Notes: a model not told the origin generated them from the letters alone. 64,000 nucleotides of DNA from Lingula anatina (GCA_051362555.1 CM120640.1:32321967-32385966); one strand, 5' to 3'. Shown: positions 41,901 through 53,817, counted from the stretch's first letter. Translations and numbers: made by a program.

Positions 41901-42927
41901 CAATCAAAGTTTGGATTGATCATAGAGCAGCATTGACGGACATATTGGTTTTCCTTGTTTGTATCATTTAACCTAAAAACATGTTTTATTGTGTGCTGTG
42001 TCTTGAACGCAGGTATATCGTTTTTCACTTTATATATGTATTTATATTTGTTCCAGTTAAAGTCTATTTCAGTTAAAAGCCTTGTAGTTTTACAGTTGTT
42101 TCTTTGCCCTTCCATTATGTTTTGGAGGCCATTTTTATTAAAATAACTTGCAAAAATGAAATAAATGATCGCACTTTGCATGGATATAAATATAAATATG
42201 CAATGATGAACAATGGAGTGAAGCATTATATTTTTTTATTTGAATGTATGTCTCTCGCTATTCACATAACAAATTGACGGCCATTTTGAATTTTGAAAAA
42301 TTGTCAATATCTCCTACGTATCAACTGGCAAATAAAGTCAAGCTTATAAGCTTCTGTAAGTTTTGTAACCCAGATGAAACAATTTCTTTTAAAAAAGCTT
42401 GCAAGATATAACATAGCAAGCTTTGACTATGGGCTCGTCGGAGTGGCAGATGGACTCTCAGGAGATGGCACCGTCTGATTAATGTCAAATAAGCAGTTTC
42501 TGAGTGTTTAGGATCATGACTAACAAATTATCATAATGGACATAAATAGAAACGGCGGAAATGTATTTAATAAGACTTACTTTGCAAAAAACGAACTTAT
42601 TTTGCAGCTGTTTTTACTTTCTGCCATATGTTTTGACGGCCATTTTGGCTTTTTTGCTATATGTAACGGGCTTAAGTGTATTCACTAGTACTGTTGTGCT
42701 CTCCTGATAGGATACACGTTCAAAAAAGCTGTCAATAAAATTTACCGGGCGACTTCTGCTCGTTTTTCTATTTTTTCTCATAAATTGACGGCCATATTGA
42801 AAAATGCTCAAGGTCTCGGAAATAGCAACCAAGCTAATTTTGCTTCTCTCGACCTAAGGAATGCATTTCAGCGAAAAAAGTTTACAGGAAAAAACATTGC
42901 AGGGTTAGCGTTCTGGCTACTCGACTA
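38964..42927. mobile_element. Non-autonomous long-TIR DNA transposon (Academ-like), about 3.96 kb
   Basis: Termini TAGTCGAGT(C/A)GCCA ... TGGCTACTCGACTA with flanking 3-bp direct repeat CGA. Inverted repeats extend about 660 bp (38964-~39624 vs ~42273-42927). The paired ORFs 39031-39336(+) and 42614-42832(-) are simply the two TIR arms. Confidence 0.85.
40529..41231 (-). pseudogene. Tc1-family (DD34E-type) transposase relic with a large internal deletion, nested in the Academ-like element
   Basis: Frameshifted minus-strand pieces: MPCLSCEQR.., CSHPTIRNLV..GSVSDIPQPGR, TPDQDHYTRLHQLR..TVRRRL, VDGN..ARHYIDQNLQPH..QQDMTRSH, PDMNPIEHLW, GWNRIP, GDRTGY*. The first-aspartate (FSDE) region is missing. 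Confidence 0.88.
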
Positions 42928-45067
42928 CGAGATAGCAGTTATCTGTTTGTTCATTTGAACATAACAGCCGCTTAGTATATTTAGTTCGGGCATGTAAGAT
43001 GGAAGTTTTTAATGGCATTATCAAAAAGTATTTGAATTAGTATATACACGTATATAACACGTATGTTTCTTTTCGCATGGAGATTGTTTTTTATGTGTGC
43101 AAATTAACAGAAACAGCTTAATATCCCTTATCCTTTAAGACACAATGTGCTGTTCTTGCTCCCCATGTTAAAGACCAAAGTTAAGTTTCTAGTGTGTGAA
43201 TCTGTCGTTTTTTATTTTTATTTCTGATAATGTGAACATTTAACATTTTTAAATAACATGTACATATACTTCTTATGTACAGCTTTCATTTATAGTGATC
43301 ACCTTCGCACGTATAAAGTAAAAAGTAACATCTAAAACCAGGTCGAGAACGAGTCCATGTTTTGTAATTTAAAAAAAAAACGTAAATTAAGCAATAACCG
43401 GTGATCAAATACTGTAGATTACAGAAATTACCGGAAACCACGAACTAGTGCAAGTGCATTTATCATGTATCACTTGTATGCAGCGCCTCGGTGCGAATAA
43501 GCAAAATTCCAGGAAAATGTATCACCAAGAATATTCACCACAACGTGCTTTTTTATGTCTGTCAAGCGACAAGGCAGTCGTTGAGCCAAAGTCAAAGCAC
43601 AGTGGAAATATGGTCAAGAAAACGAACGCCACTGCAAGACGTCAGGTGTGTTAGCTACTTGATCTCTGACTTTTCAAGACAATTGTGGTTTTTGAGTGCC
43701 AAGATGTTTTGTTGGATATAAATACGGTGTTATGATAAGCTGTTTATACCAGTTGGTGGCATTGCACTATCTGTCACATTTCGTTACCGGTTACAAGTTA
43801 ATTTTCCTCTCAAAATGAACATTTCTTTGCCATCTGCATCAGTTGCGCACACAAATTTGGGGCCAAACCCGCGTGTAAAGCCAGTCTTCTACTCAGGCAT
43901 GTGGTAAGATTCTTTAACACGTCTAAGGCTTCTTTTTTTACCAACTCACATCTAGGACTGTCGATTAAGATGACTCGACTCCAATAGCGTTCCAAATGGG
44001 AGCGATCATTGCTTCCAAGTACCGACCGATAAACGCATCTGGCGATATCTTTGCATGGCAGAGAGTAGTTATTAAGCAATATTCTTGTATGAGTGAGGGT
44101 TCATACAAACCGGTAGAGCATCAACTGTCTGTATATAGCCATTTATTTCCCATTCTCCTTGGATAGATAAGTCGGGATTTCAGAAAGACATTTCAAGTAA
44201 ACAAGAAACGGAAGCTGTTTTCTACTGAATGGCAAAAAATCATATTGTCGTTGCCTACAAAAATGTACTCCAACCACCTATAGCTGAAATGCTCGTATTT
44301 CTGCTGGCTGATGAGATGACCTCGAAGAGTTAACCTCCTATTACTCCCTCTCTGCTGAAAATGTAACCGAATCATGAAACATTTTCAGTCTCAAGCCAAG
44401 CGCCATCTAATTGTATCGAAAAAATAGAATTTCATTCGCATGCCCTGATTGCCTTCAATTGCGACTAAGAATTGTTTTCGTTATGCAAAGGACGAAGTCG
44501 TTAGTGCGGTCTAGTGCTAAGTGCTTCGCCTCGTTCTTCCTATCGTTGTATAATTGGCAATCACGCTTTAGTAAATGGGAGGTTGTCATGTAAAAGCATG
44601 CCGCAATAAGGGCCATCAGTCATTACGACAGAAGCTTGCCTTCAGTACGCAAAGTCATTTCATTTGCTCGTTTCGACAGATCACTCTGCTTCAGGCATTT
44701 ATCAAACCATCCAATAGCAGGGACGTCGCATTTACGGTGACAAAAAAAGGTATTGTGTGTTTCAGCTTTGGCAACATGAAATATCAGTTTCGTGATTTTG
44801 ATTTCATTGTTCTTCACTTTTGATTTAAATGTATTTTTCGTGTCAATTCGTGGGCTACTATTGTAGGTGCAGGGGGAACTTGTCCGTCGCTTTTTACAGC
44901 ATGGATTGGCAAACATTTGAATGGTGAAAGCATGTTGGTCATTTTTGGTTAGACGTCGTGTCAAACAATCGATCCAGTTACAGAAGTGCTTTTTTTAATG
45001 CGATCATGCAACGTTGCCTATACCATGTTGGCGTCAGCGTGGTTTAACGTGTGCAGAAGTTTATAAA

Positions 45068-45074
<7 letters not shown>

Positions 45075-45099
<25 letters not shown>

Positions 45100-45101
45100 T
45101 G
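45075..45101. repeat. (GT)n microsatellite
   Basis: Direct inspection. Confidence 0.9.
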
Positions 45102-45291
45102 ACTGACTGACGGTTGGAACTTATTAGCTTCTTAATGTACAGACATGCATCAGAACTAGTTGTGTCCTCTGTTTAAATGTTATCAACTTCAACGATTGTT
45201 GAAAGAAGCAACAAAAGCATGTTTTGTGAAATCTGATCCTAGATATTCACTTTATTCATAAAAACAGCTTTTGGCAAATTAGAGAAATCTT

Positions 45292-45327
45292 GAGTAACTT
45301 GTTCACTTAGAGTAACTTGTTCACTTA
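45292..45327 (+). repeat. Exact 18-bp tandem duplication
   Basis: GAGTAACTTGTTCACTTA repeated twice. Confidence 0.9.
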
Positions 45328-46610
45328 TAGCATAGGTTATTGCCACAGATTTTGACGAAATGTAACAGTACCACATCTTCAACGACTAAGCTGCAATACA
45401 GCAACAGATGCCCATATAACTATAATTGTGCTACTTATATTCTTTATATTTAATGTATAATTGCATTTATTTCAGTTAATATTAATGAATTCAATATAAA
45501 AATCTTTGTTACGTACGTTGAATGATAAAATGTCGCTATATTTCATGAGGGTAAGTTGACATTAATGAAAATAGTAACCTCATTAAATAATAGTTCATTG
45601 CAAACTACCTGTACAGTCATTTATGTCAGTATTAAATCCACGCTGATAAGATAATACTGGAATGAAAGTGGTATGTCCTTTATTTCAATACAAAATGCAG
45701 ACGTTTAATAGAATTAAATTGTACCATTTGAGCACGAGTGAAAGGTTTATGTTTAGGAGGCAGGGTACGTACAGGTGTACGTATCTTCTAGAACAGCAAA
45801 AAATACTAATAATTTACATTTTCTGCCATCGAGTACTTCCCTGTAAAATTGAGAGATAACCGTAATGTATTTTTAAAAACAAAATTCCCTTTTTTTCTAT
45901 ATTTTTGACTTGACTCTATATTCCTTAATTTTGGTCTGAAGTACGCACAAAAACATTAAAAAAGGGATAATTTCACGTTTTTGATGAAACATTCTATAAC
46001 GCATCCGTTACGAAATAATTGACAAACCATTCCTCTGCTTTTTGGCAGAATTTTGACATTGTTTATAAAGTTGCTCTTGGGGAGGAGAGAACTGCAAAGA
46101 ACACTTCTAAAATAACAAAAAGGTCCCTATTACTATATCTACTATAAAGTACAAAATGTGGATGACAAATGTGAAATTTCAAACTTAATAATGATATAAC
46201 TATGCAATTATTGACTCTGGCCGAGGTTAATATGTTGTTTTGTAGGCCTCTGAAAAGGGATATCGACAGAGGCTACGCTATCGCTTTACTGAGGGCTGTC
46301 GAAGTCAATACTTGTATAATATATTTTCCATTATTTGTACGTGGCAACTGTTTAAATGTGGATAACTTGAAGTTACATTTGCTACAGCTGTATGTGGTCA
46401 TTCAATTTACGTAATGATTGCAAAAAATTCTTTGAGGGCACTTTGCAAAAAATATTAAGCATTTCTTTATAGAAAAAAAAACGTTTGCACCGTTACATTT
46501 ACAATATCCCACCTGTTGTATGAGCTTTGAAATAAAGTTTCCAGGTTAACTATAATTAGCAGGTAAGCCATTTTAGATATGCGTAATTTTGATTGGAAGA
46601 TTCTATCAAC

Positions 46611-46611
<1 letters not shown>

Positions 46612-46646
<35 letters not shown>
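46612..46646. repeat. (TC)n microsatellite
   Basis: Direct inspection. Confidence 0.95.
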
Positions 46647-46648
<2 letters not shown>

Positions 46649-47894
46649 ATGTATATAGCTTCACAAAGAAAGAAAAAAGCACATTATTAACCTACAACAG
46701 TGTTGAAAAATGACCCCAATTGACGCCGGTGTATATATGCATGTGTCCTGCTTTGACACATTATCCCTATGGCTACTTAAATATTCTACCCGAATTGGCA
46801 GAAATAATATTTTTTCGATATCTTGTTATTATTATTTCTTCTCATAACGTTTTACTCCTCGAGGAGCCTCATTAATCTCCTACACTTCCTTGTTTTTTTT
46901 TCGTTGATGTTATGACTTTTATACTCCTTAATGATTTTTTAATCTGACAACATTTGTTTGGGTGTTATCGAATCATTAAGCATATGACAATCTACTAATT
47001 TGCCATGGAAAGGGATACACTTAGCTGGTTCAGAGTAAATTGGCTGTTCACGTGATAGGTTTATGAGTCTAAAACACCATAAAACGACTTCAACTTTTTT
47101 GCAATCCGATTCAGACTTCTGCATGAAACCCCAAGCTCAAAGTTCGAATGTCAAGCATCAGCTACCATGCAGACACGGCACGAGACAGGTATTTTTTATT
47201 CCGTTTCGCCGTAGCTCCTAACGACTGTTTTCCCATGGAGCATTCGAACCTTGATCACGGGTCTGATGCGTTTGATTTAGAAAAAAGCTGGTCGGGTAAT
47301 GTTTTTATCCTCTGATGTGTAGTGTAGGTGACTATGGTTGGAAGACCATTTCACTTTTGTTTCTATTTTAATTTGAATTCTTATTGCACTTTGTGGAAGT
47401 TTCGTCGGGAGTTTTTTTTCAGAAGCTGCCATAATGGAATCAAAATGTTGGGAGTATATTGGGAGATTTAATTAGATTTGTTAAAAATATTTCACCGGTA
47501 ACGATTTTTTTATAGTAGACTACTACGGTATTTTTAAGTCGTCTCATGTGTTTTGAGTTCATTTACCGGTCAAATGACAGACGATAGAGGTAACGTGTCA
47601 TGAAATGCTGAAGTAAATAACAGTGCCATACGTACTCGAGATGTTTTTTGAAGTCAGTTATAATCTACTTATAACTTCTATTTATTTGAAGAATTGTCGA
47701 ATAGTTAACGAGATGGGGGTCATACCTCAAAGTAGTAGATTGAATGTACATGTAGTTATGTTCCAAAAGTTAAAATTGTTATTTTGAGCAACAGGCCTGA
47801 ACACATCCTATACGTTTTCGCAACTCTTAATCAGAGTTTTTTTAAAATGTAGACATAAGGTTCATATGTTGCTTTTTGTTATTTCAAAATATAT

Positions 47895-47915
47895 CTTACG
47901 TTTTTCTCTTTGCAG
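47895..47915 (+). promoter_or_regulatory. Splice acceptor of the terminal, CDS-containing exon of GPCR paralog 2
   Basis: cttacgtttttctctttgcag|at, 427 nt upstream of the ATG. Resembles the paralog 1 acceptor. Confidence 0.7.
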
Positions 47916-48342
47916 ATTTACTGAATCGTACATTTTTGGTCAAAATACCCGCTACTCTTTGGGTTCTGGCTGCTGCTTTGAGTTGAAGACAAGCGCTATT
48001 ACGAACCAATGAGGCAGAGGATGGCAGCTGCTTCCTCCGTGTTAAAAACATGAAAACGATTGGATATCATTGTCTTGAAGTGTGACATGCAATTTTGGGC
48101 TTAGACACAATGAACGGAAATGTTACTTCATGGGAAGACTTTCAAATTGAAGTACATAACGCTGTTCTTCGCTTCTTCTGACAGGAAACCCTCTAAATGC
48201 TATGTAAAAAATAGCCATCGTCCACTTGCCGCGAAAGGACAATATAACTTGGAGAAAATTGAACCTAACACCCTCGTCGAGAAATCGGTCGGGAAACTCT
48301 GAAGAAAGGTTTTACGGGCTGATCATCCCATAGGATTCCACA

Positions 48343-49533
48343 ATGGCTGATTCTTCGTGCAATATGACATCGAATATATATCAGTTTCTATACAGAGCGG
48401 AAGGGATTGCTCTGTTTGTGATGTTATCTGTTATTAGCGTCACAGGGGCTGTAGGGAATGCCCTCGTTTTCGCAGTGTATTGGAAGAAACAAGATCAACA
48501 AACATCCACGTTCTTTATCATCACCTTGGCGGTGACCGATTTTATTACGTGTATCATAAACGTTCCGTTCACGCTTGTTATGGAGTTTATCAATTTGCAA
48601 ATAGAATCTGATATACTTTGCAAGCTTTATCTATTTCTCGTCACGTCCACGGTGCCCTTCTCTACCTTCATCATGGCGGCCATTGCGGTTGACCGCTATC
48701 TGTGTATCTGTCACCCACTGTTGCATTTGATGAACCTCACACGGGCCAAGGTAACGGTAGGGGCGTTGGCGTGCCTGGCCGGATTTGCAGGCCTTATGGT
48801 GGGACTTTGTCACGGAGTCTACCAGCTCTGTCCAACTTACAGTATTAACACAACAATGGAGTACACAACAGATCCCACATGGTCCAATTATAGTATGATG
48901 GCGCCATTTGCCCAGGCTGTGAAGTTATGGGAACCGTCCCCAGATCAGGAGATCAGATACACTGGTTTTTGTCGGCCGAATACATTCATACTCGGTGCTG
49001 AAGTAAGATTATCTTACAAATACTTCCACATAAGCTTATACCTGGTATCCCTCATTACCATTATTGTTCTGTACTCGCTTTTATTCAAGTCGGTGATCGA
49101 CAGAAGACGCAAGAAAAGAGAACAACGCGCTCAAGTTCCAACTTTGTTAAACGGCAATAAAGAGGCCACTGAATTACACGTCGTTTATAACAAAAAAGGT
49201 TCTTTCACTAAGACCGTCGGCTCACGCAATAATTCTCACGGCAATGTCGATTTACCGCCAGAAATTGAACACAGGCGGTTGATGGAAAAAGCGCGGGACC
49301 GGAAAGCCAATGTAAAAACGGCTCTTATGCTCTTCGTCGTTGCTGTTGTATTTATCATAGGCTTTCTTCCTGCAATTCTGATGAGCAGCAAAATTCTTAT
49401 ACCAACAAACCATGATGCAGCTAAAATATACTTTTATTTTTACTTCTGGAATCACGTGGCCAATCCAATTATTTATTCGTTTATGAACGAGAATTTCAGG
49501 GACGAAATGAGGAAACTTGTCCGTTGCTGTTGA
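48343..49533 (+). CDS. Class A (rhodopsin-like) 7TM orphan GPCR, intronless CDS, paralog 2 (396 aa)
   Basis: Same motifs (VGNALV, LAVTD, LCK, VDRYLCICHP, FIIGFLP, NPIIY, NENFRDEM). About 74% identical to paralog 1 over TM1-ICL2 by hand count (about 27 differences in about 103 aa). Confidence 0.96.
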   Translation: MADSSCNMTSNIYQFLYRAEGIALFVMLSVISVTGAVGNALVFAVYWKKQDQQTSTFFIITLAVTDFITCIINVPFTLVMEFINLQIESDILCKLYLFLVTSTVPFSTFIMAAIAVDRYLCICHPLLHLMNLTRAKVTVGALACLAGFAGLMVGLCHGVYQLCPTYSINTTMEYTTDPTWSNYSMMAPFAQAVKLWEPSPDQEIRYTGFCRPNTFILGAEVRLSYKYFHISLYLVSLITIIVLYSLLFKSVIDRRRKKREQRAQVPTLLNGNKEATELHVVYNKKGSFTKTVGSRNNSHGNVDLPPEIEHRRLMEKARDRKANVKTALMLFVVAVVFIIGFLPAILMSSKILIPTNHDAAKIYFYFYFWNHVANPIIYSFMNENFRDEMRKLVRCC

Positions 49534-50198
49534 CTTTCTTGTCTCTGTCATCTTAGGAGTGTGATAGAACATTTTCGGCTAAAGAGTCCATTTACCAATT
49601 GTTAAGGCATCATTAATAGGACAGGTATCCTGTAATTTCAGTCTTGATGGCCAAAGGGGGTCGTATTCAGTGCCTTTTTTTAAGTGTGTGACGACTTACA
49701 AAGAAGCCTACCTTGACTCTTCTGTATGTACCGGTAAATGTAGGCCTACTAGTAACAAACGTATAAAAACTAATCACATTGTCAAAAAACTGTATTGTTA
49801 ACACAAAGTGTTTATTAATGGAGTATTTCTGTGTTACCAAGGTTTGCTTCTGGTGTTGTACAATACTGTGTGTTATTCTAATTTACAAATCTCGTTGTTT
49901 CATAGAACAGATAAACAAACCAATACAGTGGCTGATACAATAAGGAGTGGTTCAAATGGGCTGCTAAGAAGAACATTTCACCTTGTTTTGCTCTATATTT
50001 CTGCATACAAGAAAAAAAATATTTAAAAAAGGGGCTTAAGGGGGTGATACGCCTCCTGTGCCGATTTTCGCAAGTTGTATTCTATTGAAGATGCGTGAAC
50101 ATGTACAGTGGCATGTTCTCAAACGACCAATTTAATTTAACTGCGTCACTGATGGAGCCACTTCTATTGCAATTGGCAATATAGCGACTAAAACCATC

Positions 50199-50204
50199 AA
50201 TAAA
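50199..50204 (+). terminator. Candidate polyadenylation signal of GPCR paralog 2
   Basis: First AATAAA noticed downstream of the stop codon, about 670 nt away. No independent support. Confidence 0.25.
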
Positions 50205-50282
50205 ACTGACAAAGAGCAAAGGAAGTAATCAACCATATGTATAAAACTCTCAAAGGAATTAAGATATTACGATTTAACCAAT

Positions 50283-50880
50283 TACTTCGTTTTCTTTCCT
50301 GTTCGTTTCATCTTTTGATTTCATTAAAGCTAGATGTTATTTTATTAACGAACTGTCATGTATGGATAAATGTGTATAACAGACTGTTATGTTGAAAAAG
50401 AGATGCGTTTCCATTATTCTATTTATTATTAGTGGTGTTTGTGAGAGAGTAATTCAAGTACCCGTATCGTACTTTTGTAGAGAGTTGAGTTTTTACTAAA
50501 AGCACACTGTACAGTGTAAAAAGACAAAAGAAAGGGATGACGTTCAAATTTTTCGCCACGACTGCAACTTCAGTGCCCCCCCCCCCTTTAATAATTTACA
50601 TGTACTTCGTTTTATTTCTTGTTCGTTTCATCTTTTGATTTCATTATAGCTAAATGTTATTTTATGAACAAAATTTCATGTATGGATAAATGTGTACAAG
50701 AGACTGTTATGATGATTAAGAGGTGCGTTTACTTCAATTGTTCATAGTGAAATTGGTGAGAGAGTAGTTCATGTACCAGTATCGTACTCTTATATTGGGC
50801 TGAGTTTTAACAAAATCACACGTTACACCACATATTTCGTTCAAAATTGTCGCCATGACTGCAGGTTTCGTGCCCTCCCC
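50283..50880 (+). repeat. Diverged direct tandem duplication, period about 320 bp
   Basis: tacttcgtttt.tttc.tgttcgtttcatcttttgatttcatta at 50283 and 50603. Similarity continues through gtgagagagta.ttca.gtacc.gtatcgtact to gactgca...gtgccc. Confidence 0.9.
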
Positions 50881-50939
50881 TACGCAGGGGCTATTCATGG
50901 GTAATTTTAAACGACCGTAGTAACAAATGAAAGAAGTTA

Positions 50940-51060
50940 CGGGATGGCCCAAAATGTGCTCACTCTTTGACTGCCCATTACTCACCTATTTTGATGTGAT
51001 TAAGACGTTCATTGACATACACAAGGGTAAATTCAAGTGAGTAACTTTTGGGACACTACA
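50940..51060. mobile_element. Small degenerate mariner-type MITE
   Basis: TA|cgggatggcccaaaatgtgctcac ... gtgagtaacttttgggacactaca|TA. Imperfect TIRs resemble the CAGGGTGTCCCAAAA type. Confidence 0.5.
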
Positions 51061-52214
51061 TACATACATACAGTGAGTGCCGTTACACTTTGTTCATTTG
51101 CAAATGAATGTACCAGTACATAAAGTAAATCAATAGGAATGATAACATAGACTATTCTTTCATTCTTCCATTTGTCACAGTGTCATATGTTACAATATAC
51201 ATGTAGGCCTATAATGTACTTATTTTGCTTTCTTGTAACATTCATCATTTACTGTACAACCTTTTTACAACTTACACACTGAAGTTTAAGTTTCCCCTTG
51301 CCAGCAGCCACAATGATGAGGTCATTAAAGAAGACCAGGTAATTTTAAATGCTCGGTAACATCGATGCTTTTTTATGTTTATTTCGAAAATATTTTAATA
51401 TTTAGTCGATGGACAAAACGGTCCCGTCTTCAACACGTATACATGAAGTTGAAATTAGTATGTTTTAAAAATAATAACGAAGGACTCGATAATTGCTGCT
51501 GTTACACAAATCTACAGAAACATTTTATTCCAGTAATAGCGATTTAATCACGTACAAATCGATTAAAGCGGATGTCAATTGAAAGAAGTGTCAGGTTATT
51601 AATAGTTTATATAATAGTACAAAGCTACGGATCATGTTTCATTCCTGAACGCCTCCGCAGCATGCCACCACCAGCGGCGTTAGGCAAGGAGATGTTTTAT
51701 TACGTACATTGTTTGACATTTACGCAAAATTTGATCACGGTGCTAAATGCTATAAATCCTCTTATAAAGAACTTGAGATGGTGCTAATTTCCCTATAATT
51801 TTATGGCCCTCTTGGGTCAGATATTATGTATTTCGGGATTGGGGAAATAATTGCTTCTTTTTCGTTACGTACGTAGGAATGAGACTACTATTAAAACATA
51901 ACCTGAACGATTAATTCTACTAAAATTCTCATTACTATTCTTTACCCAAGAATGTCGTTTGCTACATGTACTATGCCAGTGAATAGCCACGGCTTTCCAT
52001 TTTTCTTTTGTTTAAATCACGAAAATTGCTACCTTAAAAGTAGAGGTATTATATCTTGAGAATTGAAAAGATTTTTAAATTCAAATTTCCAGTTGTCTAA
52101 CACGTTTCTTATTTCTGCTTTTTAGCTACCCTTCTCATATCTATTGCCAATATTTGTATCGTCTTTGTTTCCTCACAGCCAACTTGTAGATAGATGCATT
52201 TAAACTTACTTGAT

Positions 52215-52217
<3 letters not shown>

Positions 52218-52256
<39 letters not shown>
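52218..52256. repeat. (AC)n microsatellite
   Basis: Direct inspection. Confidence 0.95.
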
Positions 52257-52258
<2 letters not shown>

Positions 52259-53817
52259 TTTCACATACATGTAGTATATATTTACTTAAAGCTTGTTTTG
52301 CCTGCTTTTAAAACGCGATAAAACCCTTTGATATGCCACGGTTTTGAGTTTGATAGATTAGATGTAATAAACACAGAACTGTCCACCTGAAACTTGGATT
52401 CTGAGAATCGGAACAGTTCACATGGTGAGAATATTAACTGCTCTTTTCCCCCTTTTCATGTCTTATTCTAATGTATTAATCTTCAAATACCGCACTCAAT
52501 TAGACTCATAGTTGAATTTCATCATTTTTGACAACTGGAATGAAATTGAAAGTGCACTGTGTTCTCTCTCGCTTTTCAGCTAACGAACAAGTTTACACTT
52601 TGCGGGTCAGGTTTCCGTCCAGACTTAATTACACTGCCGTTATTTGGCTTTTACAAAAGGTCATCGGATGTACCTCTTTCCCTTTCAAATCACAGATGCT
52701 AATAAAACTGTCACATTCGGTTTTTCCTCGCGGTCAAATTCGTTCTGGTGAAATTAAAAGTATCTTGCCTCATTAAATGCTTCGATTTAGCCAAAAATGT
52801 ACAAAACTATCCATAATGAACATAAAAGGATAAAAAATACGTGGATTCATTCTCGGAGTAAAAACCCTTGCATCCAGGAGTTCATCATGTTTTCCCCATG
52901 TTCCATCGAGGTTGAACACAGTGGAGAAGAGCAGTATAAAATAAGGCTTTTCCACCAAGACATCAGGGCATCCGTTTTCTTTTTTCCATGATCTAATTTC
53001 CGTACAATTTAATCTTAGGGTGTCATTGAAGTGATAGGTACTAAAGTACCTCAACGGTATATACCACTATCGTATACCCTAAACTAATGTAGTTATACAG
53101 ACCCAGGTGATAACAATAAGAGCATTATGCTTAGATGCACGACACGCTAACCTCCTATTTGAAACCTTTAAGTAAACACATTTATTAAAGACACTCACCA
53201 TTATTGATATACCCAAGCACAAAGTCGGTCAATTTTGCAAATTAAGTCCTTCTGAAACAAATTGGAGTCGAACACATATACCCGGTACATGTCGCACACG
53301 GAATGTGTAACTGACCCCTTTCCAAATGAAATGGCACACAAAAAGATCTTTTACAACATCATAGTACGCGTGTGGGACGCAGTGGCTCTAGCTATAGAAC
53401 CACTTAGCTTTTCACAAACAAAACCGCTGCATAGATTCACAGCGAATGCTTTATGGACGCATCCTGTCTGAGAGTCAGCGCGTCTCTTATTACTGCAATT
53501 ATCTTTTCATATACCCCATATCTCTGTCTGCTGGGGAATCATTAGTTCTAGCATAGATTAGTTTATAATTGAATCCAGGTTCATGTGTTAGATTGATAGG
53601 AAGTATACCTCAACTGATCTTCGTTCTTTGCCACTGCCACCTACATCCGAACCTTAAATTCGTTTTGATTCAGGACAATTTCCTTTGCAGTCTTTTTTTC
53701 TTACTTGGCTTTCAAACAATGAAAAAGAGAAAAAAATCAGTGGCAGGTCAGGGATGACGACATTAACCGTTAGCCTTGAAATACAATTTAGAAACCAGCT
53801 GCGGTGAATTGTCATCT

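Noticed and set aside
39031-42832. Two similar ORFs (39031-39336 + and 42614-42832 -) suggesting an inverted gene pair
   Set aside because: The similarity comes from the two TIR arms of one transposon. Starts are non-ATG and there are no protein features.
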